DNA from: Octopus sinensis
Taxonomy: Eukaryota
NCBI RefSeq assembly: GCF_006345805.1
Contig: NC_043000.1
Location: 114,762,001-114,826,000, forward strand
Length of the DNA: 64,000 bases
Direction of reading: 5' to 3'
Below the pieces are notes generated by a model that was given only the letters and a program-made list of their open reading frames with translations, was not told the DNA's origin and made no database searches. Made by a program: the position numbers and the translations under genes. Shown one piece after another: positions 10,650-22,121 of the stretch; position 1 is the stretch's first letter; each line of letters begins with the position of its first letter.

Positions 10650-12585
10650 GTCAGGTCACTTATGAGGCTCTTATAAGTGCTCCTGGTAACATGGAATCCA
10701 ATACAACCTGTTGCATGGTCGGATTGTTGGCAGCTAAGCCAGCACCCTCACCAGGTTGCCCTGGTGAGGAGGGTTGCTAGAAACCCAGCAGGATTAAAAA
10801 CAAGACCTGTTGAAAGGTCAGATGAACCTAGTGCAGGCTTAACGGCTATCTAGCAATAGCATGGGTACGCAGAAATACCAGGATGGTGTCCGGCGTGCTA
10901 GAAGACCACTGGGAGTGAGGCACCCCTCAGCTTCTATTGAAGCATGTCTCTAGGAGAAGGTTACTCTGATATAAAACCAGATATGTAGGGAATGGGATTG
11001 GACATTTTGGGGATCTTTGGTTTGTGCAAGAGATCATGGCACTCCCACATCCTTGAACCTGTGACTCATATTGGCACCAGACATCTTGCTCTGGCTTGTC
11101 TCTGGATAATGTCAATAGAGCGGAGAGGGTCTATGAGGTGTCATGCAAGCCTTATTGGACCTAAAACTCTGCACAGGCATTGCTGACCTCTGCTCAATAT
11201 ATGCTGCTTTTTCCCCACCTATATATATATATATATATATATTTTATTTTCAGTATATATTTTATTTTTATTCAGAAGTCCTGTGGTGATGGGAAGGTGG
11301 TGAAGCATGCAGACCTGACGAGTTGGAAGTATGTAGTCAGCGACCTGCACGTAGGTGGCCCATGCTAGATATAAAGCCGTCTTCTTGTCCCCCAAGATTC
11401 GCTTGCTGCATGGGTGTCTGAGTAGCTCCATTTGGAGAGGGTGCTGCTCACTCGGAGGCCAGGTTGGTTCTAGAAAAGGTGATCCAAAAATCACCTGTCT
11501 TTCTATATCTGGTCAGTTTAGCATGACTGACAGATGTCCACCCTGCTCTTGGAATACAAAGAGACTTTTTTTTTTACAAAATCTGGATGGAACTTGAATA
11601 TTTCATGTTGGAATGTGCGCACTCTGTTGGATAACAAGAGTGATTGTAGACCTGAAAGATGCACTGCACTTGTTGCTCATAAACTGAACTACTGTAACAT
11701 TCAGAGACTTGCATAGAAGGTGATGGTCAACTTGAGGAAGTAGGAAGTAGATACACCTCTTTTTGGAAGGGGAGGCAGAAGGAGGAGTGCAGAGAGGCTG
11801 ATGTTAGCTTTGCAGTTCAATCTGATATCCTTAAGAGGTTGGAGGAGCTTCCTGTTCCAATAAATTAGCGTCTAATGACTCTATGATTTCACCTGAAAGG
11901 TGGGCGGTTTGCTACTCTAATAAGTGTCTGTGCACCTACATTGACCAGTTGTGATGAAGATAAAACTATTTTTTATACCCAGCTGAGAGCCATACTTAAG
12001 AAAATCCCCAATTCTGATAAAATCATTCTACTGGGGGATTTCAGTGCCAGGGTTGGAACAGACTGGAAAACATGGAATTCTCTAGGATGTTTTGTAGTAG
12101 TGAAAATGAATCGCAATGGTCTCATGCTGCTGGAGCTTTGCAATGAACATGGATTTTACATCGCAAACATTTTATGCATAAAAGCGATCACACAACAATG
12201 TGGATGCATCCAAGGTCTAAAGTTTGGCACTTGCTGGATTATGTCATCATCCGCAAACATGACATCTACGACATTTGTAATGTCAAACTCTTTCATGGAT
12301 CGGAATAATGGGCAGACTGAAGTCTGGTGCGAGCAAAGTTCTGGATGATGATTAGAGTGAAAGAGAGAAGAGGGCCAGTTAGCATCCCTCAACGTCAGAA
12401 TGATGCTGTGTTGAGGAAAGAGCTTCAGACTCGCTTGTCCAGCATTGAAAATACTACAGCATGGGAAGATTTTCGAGACCAGGTTCTTCAATGTGCTGCT
12501 GAAACACTGGGATATGCTACTGCCAGACACAGAGACTGGTTTGATGAAAATGATGCTGAAGTTCAGCGACTACCGACAGAGGAAG
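10650..12585 (+). mobile_element. RTE (BovB-like) LINE 5' portion: 5' UTR and decayed APE endonuclease
   Basis: NISCWNVRTLLD...RPERCTALVAHKL...GQLEEVGSRYTSFWKG...LISVCAPT...DKIILLGDFSARVG...WHLLDYVII...RHRDWFDENDAEV, with several stops and frameshifts. Confidence 0.85.
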
Positions 12586-13109
12586 TAGGTTAACGAGCGA
12601 GTCGACACTTTTGAGAGAACGCATATTTGGCATGAAGAATTTAAGCGTGCTGCTCGAAAGCACACTGCATTTAGTGAAAATTTAGGAACGTTTAAGGGAG
12701 GTAACTCATGGAATGCAGAAGTTGTCTTTTCTTAGCATTTAATTTTTTTTCTTCTTTTATTTTCATTATTTCATTACAATAAAACCGAGAGTTTTTAAAA
12801 ATAAAATATTTGTTGGATTATCATTGTGTATCTTGTTTTGTCTCATAATCACAAGGGTGGGACATTGCACACAGCTTTATAGGTAATCCGAGACTGGCGA
12901 AGGAGAGGAACGAAGATATCCTCTGACAGAAATCCTAGTCAGAATACTGACAAATGAATGGAGTCTGCTAAAAGACTCAGAATACCAGGTGAATACCAGT
13001 GTTAAACTCGGTAACGTTTTAAGTTTCCCGCCTTAACCACTTCACCAAAAAACAATTAACCTTCCCCTCCAAATAAAACCTACTCGACCAAATAATAAGG
13101 ATGATGGTG

Positions 13110-13157
<48 letters not shown>

Positions 13158-13267
13158 GTAATAATCATAATCATCATCATCATAATAATAATGAAATTAT
13201 TGTATATGGATGGAGCAAAATGAGTAATTTCTGTTTGTTTCTCGTTTTTTTTTTATTTGTTCTAAAC

Positions 13268-14560
13268 CAGTGGTTCCCAAACTTTTTCAGGCTGTCACCC
13301 ACTTGACACCCAGACCACTTTCCTAGCGCCCTCACCCCAACTAACCATAAGAAATATAGCCCTCTTTCTGAAGCAAATTCAAAGCAACTGTATTGAACTA
13401 ATAAAACTTAAATTAGTAGGGTAGGATTCGGGGCAGACGAAAGGAAACGTGTGACCTTTTCGGAATCACAACGAACCGCACAACTTCCTACCACCAACGG
13501 GGCAACGGATTAGGAGAGAGATTTTACCGCCGCCCGAAGGAATCACTGACAACCAGACTTAACGGGCCAAATTGGATCGACCAACTCCCATGGGTAATGC
13601 TGGGAATCCGCACTGCCCCCAAAGAAAATCTCAACACGTCCTCTGCGGAAATGATGTACGGTGCTCCCCTTACAGTGCCAGATTTCCTTCCGAATACGAA
13701 TTCAGACCTGGATGTCAAAAGGTACCTCGCTCAACTAAGAGATAGCGTGGGTCAGTTGCGCCTTATTCCCATGTCGACACACGGTACACCCAAATCGTCC
13801 GTACCAAATGACCTCCGCACGGCTAACTTTGTGTTCGTTCGACGTGACACACGACGAAAACCCCTTCAGTCACGCTACGATGGTCCATATCAAGTCGAAC
13901 ATCCAGGAGATAAAACATTCCAACTCCTAATTGGTGGACGACAAGCCACAGTCTCCATCGATAGATTGAAACCGGCCCATCTTGTTATTAACATCCGCAT
14001 CAAGGTGGCCCAACCACCAAACAGGAGCCGTCCTAGACAGATCACACCAGCCCTTGACAAGGAACAGTCACCAAAGAATCGATAACCTCACGCAGGGACA
14101 GGACAATTAAAACGCCATCCCATTTCCAGTGACAGTCTACAGTTCTGGTGGAGGGGCTATGTAGGGTAGGATTCGTGGCAGACGAACTGTAGACAGATAC
14201 TTCGCTGCGGGTTAGCTAGGAAGCTGGTCAGTAGTAAAAAAAGGACTTCCGGGCGGAGAACGATAACAGAAGAATGTCAGCAGCGTGCGTGAAACGAATC
14301 TGAGGGAACTATACAAAAATAACTGACGGCTTAAGCCCTATTTTATCTAAAGTAATAAACCTTTAGTAAATACATACTCGTCTCCACTCGTTTGTTTCCG
14401 TATAGCTTAACAAAGCTATAACCTAATAAACCCTTTATTTTGTTGTTTTTACATGAATCGCCACCCCATTATAGCCCCAATTTTTACATGAATCGCTACC
14501 CCGTTATTGCTCAACTTTTCTTCAACATCTTCCAGGAACTTTCCACCCCACCCTAGGGAG
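13268..14560 (+). mobile_element. hAT-type MITE interrupted by the Gypsy element
   Basis: Starts with the hAT-type terminus cagtggttcccaaactttt; the sequence after ~14425 is taken as its continuation. Confidence 0.5.
13416..14420 (+). mobile_element. pol: Internally deleted Ty3/Gypsy LTR retrotransposon (integrase C-terminus, PPT, 3' LTR)
   Basis: TTSYHQRGNGLGERFYRRPKESL...WIDQLPWVMLGIRTAPKENLNTSSAEMMYG...YDGPYQV...VSIDRLKPA (GPY/F module). PPT ggtggagggg is followed by an LTR starting TGTAGGGTAGGATTCG at 14160. Confidence 0.88.
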
Positions 14561-14564
14561 GCAA

Positions 14565-14797
14565 GGTACTACTTGAGAACAGTGGGCGCTAGCTAGTCGT
14601 GACTAGTCGACCCTACAACGACTACCCTAGCAAAGTAAATGAAACTCAAAATTAATTTTTTTTTTTTACACAAAGTGGATCTTTTAAAGTAAATAATTTT
14701 TGTTAAACAAAGTAAATAAAACACAAAGTAAGGATCGACTAGTCATGACTAGCTAGCGCGGATGCGCGCACCGGGACCACTGTTCTGAAGTAGTACC
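14565..14797. mobile_element. MITE with 9-bp TSD (Mutator/MULE-like)
   Basis: TIRs ggtactactt(g/c)agaacagtgg; TSD gggaggcaa at 14556-14564 and 14798-14806. Confidence 0.85.
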
Positions 14798-14809
14798 GGG
14801 AGGCAATAC

Positions 14810-14992
14810 CTATTTATTACCCACAAGGGGCTAAACACAGAGGGGGCAAACAAGGACAGACATAGGTATTAAGTCGATTACATCGACCTCAGTGCGTAAC
14901 TGGTGCTTAATTTATCGATCTCGAAAGGATGAAAGGCAAAGTCGACCTCGGCGGAATTTGAACTCACAACGTAACGGGCAGACGAAATACCG
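14810..14992 (-). mobile_element. tRNA-derived SINE fragment (octopus family with gagttcaaattccgccgaggtcgactttgcc); copies at 15823-15952(-), 31540-31750(-), 34170-34400(-)
   Basis: B box and conserved body shared with the full copy at 18544-18849. Confidence 0.8.
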
Positions 14993-15474
14993 GAACCATT
15001 TGTGATTTTAGTTTTGATCACGTGATTTTGATTGTCTTGCTGGCTGTTGTATGCCTGCACTGCGACTGCGCGGAGTTCTGTTCTGTTTGCAGACGACATG
15101 TTCAGCTTTGCAGACGACATGTTCAGCTTTGATTAGTCGAGAATGTAGCAACTCGCTGCATGAAAATGTTATTTCGTTGAAGTTTGGTTTTGCTTACAAT
15201 TTAGCAATCTTTGTTTGTATTGTATATTGCTGAATTTTTTAGTCGAGCAGAACCTTTTGAACTTTGATATTCGAGTTTGGGTTTATAACAATTTAATCGA
15301 CTAAAAAAAATACAGCTAGAGAAAGAGAGAGAATGGACTGCAAATCTATAAAACCAAATTTGTTAACCACTGATCCAAGTTCGAGTCAAGCTTCGAAAGA
15401 ATGAAAATATTGGTTCAGAACTTAAAAAAATTTTTTAGAATCATTTCCTGCTGAAAGCTAGAGAAAGAGAGAAA

Positions 15475-16791
15475 ATGGACAGCAAATTTATAAAACCAAA
15501 TTTGTTCACCGTTCGAGTGAAGCTTCGAAAGAATGGCAATATTGGTTCAGAACTTTAAAAAGTGTTTAGAATCATTTCCTGCTGAAGCGCCATCACTGAT
15601 GAAAGCAAACTTAGCTGTTTAATGGCGCACGTAGCTAAAGACGTTTACGAACTCATTAAGTGAATGTGAGAATTACTCAGAAGCAATTCAAACTCTGGAG
15701 AGACTGTACGTGAAACCTTTGAACATTATTTTTGCGAGACACCTTTTAATGACATGCAAATAAGAACCAGGCCAATCAGTTGACGACTATTTACAGAAAT
15801 TTAAACGACTAGCTAAAGATTGCGGGGCTAAACACAGAGGGGACAAACAAGGACAGACAAAGGGATTAAGCCGATTACATCGACCCCAGTTGGAAACTGA
15901 TACTTTATTTATCGACGCCGAAAGGGTGAAAGGCAAAGTCGACCTCGGCGGATTTCACAAAATGGAATCTTTATTATGATCAGGACGATTTTATACAGAA
16001 TGGGACAACACAGGACAAACAAAAATGTTATATCGTATAGTATGGTATTATTTAAAAATTTACTAAAATATATTTTATACACAATTAATTTAACCTTAGA
16101 CTATAACTCTTTTTTTATAAACACATAAGAAAACAAAGCAAAAAAAAAACGAATAAAAAGATTAAAAGATCGAATCCGGCAGCCTATAAGGCCCAGCAAC
16201 GATCTTTTCCTTTCGTCAATGATTAAGCTGGGTTACTAACACCCACCTTTCTCATCACATCCTTCCATCGTTTCTCGTATTCTCTCGGTGGCAGGGTCTT
16301 CCTCTCCAACTGAAACTCACAAAAATGGAGCTGTTCGTGACGCATTTATCTCGGGATTACCGTCATCTTCAACTCGCCTTAGACTTTTAGAAAATATTCA
16401 AGACACGTCGATAACTTTAGAAGCGATATTTAACCAAGCCCGTACGCTGGAAGTTGCTCAAAGGAATTCCGAAGTGTATAATAGCAGTCAGTCTGCTATA
16501 AACAGCCAAGGAAGCCGTTTGTCAACGTTTATTCCACGTAAGGAAGACAAAATCTCAATTCCTGACGGAAACACAGCTTGTGCAGCGACAAATCGAACTC
16601 AAAAATCCTGTACCTTTTGCGGATCTAATGAATTTCATCCGAGGTTTAAGTGTCCTGCTAGGCGGAGCAAGTGTCACAAATGTGGATATTTTGGTCATTT
16701 TGCTAAAGAATGCCGGTCAAGTAACCGTAAAATTTTTGATAAGACATCAACAGCTTTTGATGATGGCAACTTCGCCGCGGCTTTATGTTAA
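15475..16791 (+). pseudogene. gag: Gypsy gag (interrupted at 15823-16310)
   Basis: MDSKFIKPNLF..EASKEWQYWFRT...IFARHLLMTCK*EPGQSVDDYLQKFKRLAKDC / AVRDAFISGL...CTFCG...CPARRSKCHKCGYFGHFAKEC. Confidence 0.85.
15965..16310 (-). mobile_element. Possible L1/Tx1-like LINE 3' fragment inserted in gag
   Basis: Minus strand reads LERKTLPPREYEKRWKDV...*, then a T-rich 3' UTR and aataaa. Confidence 0.4.
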
Positions 16792-16799
16792 GGTGGAGC

Positions 16800-19290
16800 T
16801 ACTGCTAAAGTTAATTATAAAATAACAGTTGATGGCGTGAAAGCATTTGCTTTGATTAATACCGGCTCTACTGTGAACCATATTAGCAAAAATTTTGCAA
16901 AGAAAAACAAATTGGTGGTGAAGTCTAAAAGGAATGGAATTAACATGGCTGTCAATGGAAATCATTCCCAAAGCGACGGTTATTGTATGAGTTCAATTGA
17001 ACTTCATGGAAGAATTTACGAGCAAGTAAAGATGGTGGTACTAGATAATTTGTTTGTAGATATAATTTTTGGACCAAATTTCTTAAAACAGCATCAACAT
17101 GTACAAATTGCCTTCGACGGCGATAAGCCCCCGTTATATTTGGGAGCTCTAAAGTGCATTAAAAGTGACATTACACCGAGGTGGTTTGAAAATTTAAACT
17201 CCGACTGTAAACCCATAGTTACGAAACTGAGAAGACAGTCCGCCAACAATCAAAAATTTATTGCTGATACTATAAGTCGAGAGCTGGCAGAAGGGGTAAC
17301 TGAACCCAGTGTTTCTCCCTGGCGAGCCCAGGTATTGGTAATATCAGGAGAAAAATCATCGCAAGAGACTGTGTATTGATTATAGCGAGGTTATAAATAA
17401 GTTTACGCAATTAGATGGATATCCACTGCCAAATATGCATGACATGGTCACAAAAATAGCTCTATTTAATTATTTTAGCACACTAGGTCTCAAAAGTACG
17501 TATCATCAAGTTGAGATTCCAGTTGAAAATCGACCTTACACGGCTTTCGAAGCGCAGGGAAAATTATATCAAAACAAACGTATTGCTTTCGGACTTACAA
17601 ATGCAGTGCCCTGTTTCCAGAGAGTGATCGATAATATAATCGAAAGCCATAACTATAGAGCTACTTTTGCATATATCGACAACATAACTGTGTGTGGTAA
17701 ATCGAAGGAAGAACATGATCGAAATTTAAAACATTTTCTTCAAGTTGCTAAGGACTGTAATTTAACTTTTAATGAAACCAAATGCATTTACAACACTACA
17801 CGGATTCCATTGCTTGGCTATGAAATTCAAAATGGTAACTTGAAACCTGACCCTGACCGGGTAAAACCCTTACTAGAACTACCTATCCCTAGTACCCAGG
17901 AAGCATTGAGTCGAATTGTTGGTCTATTTGCGTATTATTCTAAATGGATTCCCAAATTCTGTGACAAGATAAAACCATTGGTTGATACTAAATATTTTTC
18001 TTTGAATGAACTCGCCTTGTCAAGTTTAAAAACTTTACGAAATGATTTAGCAAACGCTACCTTAAAAGTGATGGATGAAAGCCTTCCATTCTCACTAGAA
18101 ACAGACGCATCGGAGGTAGCTATATCTGGCATTTTACATCAAAACGGAAAGCCAGTCGCATTTTTTTTCAAGAACCCTCAACCCAAATGAGCGTCGTTAT
18201 TCTCGTATTGAAAAAGAGGCGACAGCGATTGTAGAATCTGTGAGAAAATGGTCTCATTTTCTTCTTGGACGTAACTTCACACTAATAACTGAGCAAAACA
18301 GTGTGGCTTTTACGTTTAATTGTCAAAAGCACAATAAACCTAAAAACGAAAAGATAATGTGTTGGCGAATCGAACTAACCCGGTATCAATTTGATATCAT
18401 TTACCGCCAAGGTAAGTTTAATGTTGCATCTGATGCTTTATCACGTACCTATTGAACAGCTACGACTGATAATGAACTCTATCGTGTTCATGCAGCGCTG
18501 TGTCATCCTGGAATCACACGTTTGTTTCATTATATTAAAGTTAAGAGGCGGCGAGCTGGCAGAAACGTTAGCATGCCGGGCGAAATGCGTCGCCGTATTT
18601 CGTCTGTCAATACGTTCCTTGTTTGTCCCCTCTATGTTTAGCCCCTTGTGGGTAATAAAGAAATAGGTATTTCGTCTGCCGTTACGTTCTGGGTTCAAAT
18701 TCCGCCGAGGTGAACTTTGCCATTCATCCTCTCGGGGTCGATAAATTAAGTACCAGTTACGCACTGGGGTCAATATAATCGACTTAATCCGTCTGTCTGT
18801 CCTTGTTTGTTCCCTCTGTGTTTAGCCCCTTGTGGGTAGTAAAGAAATATATATTAAAGTTAGGAATTTACCTTACTCCTGTAGATGATGTAAAATGTAT
18901 AACTAACAATTGTGTAATATGTTGTGAGGTGAAGCCTCGCTTTACTAAAACTTCTGTTTCGTCAGTAATTAAATCTACTCAAGCTTTTGAAAGATTGAGT
19001 GTTGATTTTAAAGGACCCCTACCTTCAGTGTCAAAGAACCATTTTCGTTTATTTTTCCATGTACTGATACTAGTGCTCATTCTATTATTAGTAATTTGAA
19101 GGTTTTGCTTAATCTTTTCGGATTTCCAGCCGTTACTCATAGTGATAATGCTAAATGTTTTGTATCCAAAGAACTTAAACAATTTCTGTATGATAGGGGT
19201 ATAGCGATTACTCATTCTGCCGTGTACAATCCTCATGGAAATGCTCAATGTGAAAGGTATAATGGAGTAATATGGAATTCCATTAAATTG
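16800..19290 (+). pseudogene. pol: Gypsy pol (protease, RT, RNase H, integrase), disrupted
   Basis: PR ALINTGS; RT SPWRAQV...FGLTNAVPCFQR...AYIDNITVCG; RH LETDASEVAISG; IN HAALCHPG...CVICCEVKP...SVDFKGP...HSDN...GNAQCERYN. Confidence 0.9.
18544..18849 (+). mobile_element. tRNA-derived SINE inserted in the Gypsy integrase zinc finger
   Basis: Head ggcggcgagctggcagaaacg, B box ggttcaaattcc; 13-bp TSD tatattaaagtta at 18531-18543 and 18850-18862. Confidence 0.9.
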
Positions 19291-19321
19291 GAGCCTCTTA
19301 GTGAGGCTCATGTCAATCAGT

Positions 19322-19712
19322 TACTCTTTTACTTGTTTCAGTTATTTGACTGTGGTCATGCTGGAGCACCGCCTTTAGTCGAGCAAATCGACCCCAGGAC
19401 TTATTCTTTGTAAGCCTAGTACTTATTCTGTCGGTCACTTTTGCTGAACCGCTGTGTTACAGGTATGTAAACACACCAGCATCGGTTGTCAAGTGATGTT
19501 GTGGGGACAAACACAGACACACACACACACACATATATATATACATATATACGACGGGCTTCTTTCAGTTTTCATATACCAAATCCACTCACAAAGCTTT
19601 GGTTGGCCCGAGGCTATAGTAGAAGACACTTGCCGAAGGTGCCACGCAGTGGGACTGAACCCAGGACCATGTAGTTAGTAAGCAAGCTACTTACTACACA
19701 GTCACTCCTGCA
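19322..19712 (-). mobile_element. Abundant octopus-type tRNA-derived SINE with internal microsatellite; copies at ~25430-25850(-), 45460-45870(-), 51665-52000(-), 56645-56870(-), 59515-59862(-), 61935-62097(+), 63789-63950(+)
   Basis: Head gcaggagtg(g/a)ctgtgt(g/a)gtaagtagcttgc...gggttcagtcccactg; tail ...ccagcatggccgcagtcaaatgactgaaacaagtaaaaga. Confidence 0.85.
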
Positions 19713-19744
19713 CCTGGTGACTTTTATTTTATACAATTCAGGGC

Positions 19745-20001
19745 AATGGTTCTCAACTAGGGTCCACATGACCCTTGAAGGACCATAAAAGATTTTGTTG
19801 TTAAAATTTATGTGCAATAAATTGGTTGTGTTTCTACGATACACAAAATATTTAAACAATTTTTCATACAATTTCTAAATAATATTTAATTACAAAAATA
19901 TAATAGGAGTTTTTAGATATCGAATGGTTGTGAGGGGTCCCCTGTCCAAGAAAAATATGAATCAAAGGGGTCCTTAGGTAAAAAATGGTTGAGAACCAAT
20001 G
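19745..20001. mobile_element. hAT (Charlie-like) MITE; related copies at 22256-22499 and ~45870-45968
   Basis: TIRs caatggttctcaac / gttgagaaccaatg. Confidence 0.7.
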
Positions 20002-21213
20002 GTCTAAGGGATCTGTGTATACCAGCAGTCCTAGATATTGGAGCTATATTCCATAAAACTATTCCATGAGTCAGCCTTCAGATTCATTATTTGTCAAGTA
20101 TTATAGGTAGAGTCTAATGAAAGCATGACTCAGTGGTTAAAGGTATTCAGTTCATAATCATAAGGTCCTGAGTTCAATTCCTGGCAGCATGTTGTGTCCT
20201 TGAGCAAGACACTTTATTTCACATTCCTCCAGTTCACTCAGCTGGCATAAGTGAGTTGTACCTGTATTTCAAAGGACTGGCCATGTTACATTCTGCCTCA
20301 TGCTGAATCTCCTTCAGAATTACATTAAGGGTACACATCTCTGTGGAGTACTCAGTCACTCGCACTTTATTTTCGAGAGCAGACTGTTCAGTTGATTGGA
20401 TCAACTGGAACCCTCATCATTGTAACTGCTGAAATGCCACTTTAACAGGTTCTCTCTATTTCTGGGTCAGTATAAATGTGTGTGAAGATGTGCTGTCCAT
20501 AGTGTATTTTGCATAGAAATTCATAATATTATGAGCATGGCTGAATTAAGACCCACAGAGTTCTTAAACTCTTAAAAGATTTTGATACTCCCCCATATAT
20601 GTATGGAGGCACATGGCCTAGTGGTTAGAGCAGCAGACTCCTGGGTTCAAATCTCAGACTGGGTGATGTGTGTTTTTATGAGAGAAACACCTAAGCTCCA
20701 CACAGTAATGGTGAACTTCTGCTGACTCTTTTGCCACAACTTTCTCTCACTCTTTCCTCCTGCAGCTAGCAGCTCACCTGCAATGGACCAGCATCCCGTC
20801 AAAGTGGGGAACCTATATGCCAGTGAAACCAAGGAACTGGCCTTTATGAGCCAGGCATGGCTCAAGAAGGAGCAAACAATAACAATATATGACATTCAAA
20901 ATATAAAAAATAATAAACCGTAAAATAAATTTTTATTTTTCAAAATGAAGCAAAACTAACAGTAAGATGGAAAATAATTATTTTTCCATACACCAACTTT
21001 ATTTATATTAGAAAAGTTTCCTACTATTTTTTTTAATTGCATAGCTTTGATCAGATCCTCCAAATTAATCTTACATAACACATCTGCTTTTATACTTAGA
21101 GAAAGGCATCAAGGCTGCCATGTTGAAAAGTTTCTCTGATGCGGTTTCTAACATTCTTCAACTGAGAATATAAATGCTCAGCTGAGTAATTTGAGACCAA
21201 GAATGTTAAAAAT

Positions 21214-21478
21214 GTGGAGGCACATGGCCTAGTGGTTAGAGCAGCAAACTTGCAGTCGAGGGATCGCATTTTCGAATCTCAGATTGAGCGATGTGTGTGT
21301 TTATGAGCGAAAACACCTAAGCTCCACGCAACTCTGGCAGAAGGTAATCGTGAACTTCTGCTGACTCTTTCATCACAACTTTCTTTCACTCTTTCCTCCT
21401 GCATCTTGCAGCTCACCTGCAACAAACCTACACGCCAAGAAAACTGGGAAACTGGCCCTTCGAGAAGGAACAAACAAC
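21214..21478 (+). mobile_element. tRNA-derived SINE; related heads at 20605-20885, 44957-45265, and a partial copy at 63040-63225
   Basis: A box tggcctagtgg, B-box-like ttcgaatc; TSD aatgttaaaaat at 21202-21213 and 21479-21490. Confidence 0.85.
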
Positions 21479-21638
21479 AATGTTAAAAATATATGCAAGG
21501 CAACATCTACATTTCAAAAGGCACACTCAATAATGTTTATTTTAGTAAGTTTAAAGTGATTTCTTTTGTGCCATAAACCATTTACCACTTCTGTAGTGCT
21601 CTCCTTCCCTTGGTGCCCTAAGCACATGCTTATTTTGC

Positions 21639-22121
21639 TTAATCCTTTCGCTACCAACCCAGCTGAAACCGCCTCTGGCTCTGTAGTACAAATGTCTTGT
21701 TTCTGTAAGTTTTGAATCAAAATCTTCTACCAAACCTTAGTCACAATTTATGTTCCTAACACTAGCTTAATGATAACCAAGTTATTTTACTAAATTATTT
21801 GTTATATTTAAAATTAATTGAAAGAAACACAGAGCATCTCAAAATAAATACGGTAACAAAAGGGTTAAAATATATAATAGAGAAACAATTCTTAACCCTT
21901 TCAATACAAACCTGACTAAAACCGCCTCTGGCTCTGTAATAAAAATGTCTTGTTTTTGTAAGTTTTGAATCAAAATCTTCCACCAAACCTTAGTCACAAT
22001 TTATGTTCCTAACACTAGCTTAATGATAACCAAGTTATTTTATTAAATTCTTTGTTATATTTAAAGTTAATTAAAAGAAACACAGAGCATCTCAAAGTAA
22101 ATACAGTAACGAAAGGGTTAA
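21639..22121. mobile_element. Two tandem piggyBac-type MITEs (21639-21868 and 21892-22121)
   Basis: TTAA-(c/t)cctttc...(g/a)aaaggg-TTAA boundaries on both ~225-bp copies. Confidence 0.85.

Larger units (their letters stand above)
15000..19290 (+). mobile_element. Decayed Ty3/Gypsy retrotransposon (Mag-like), gag-PR-RT-RH-IN, with nested insertions and a 3' truncation
   Basis: Domain order PR-RT-RH-IN, double Cys/His knuckle in gag, multiple stops and frameshifts; no clear LTR pair found. Confidence 0.9.

Noticed and set aside
12590-12920. Possible solo LTR with a poly(A) signal
   Set aside because: No TG...CA boundaries with a TSD and no second copy could be identified
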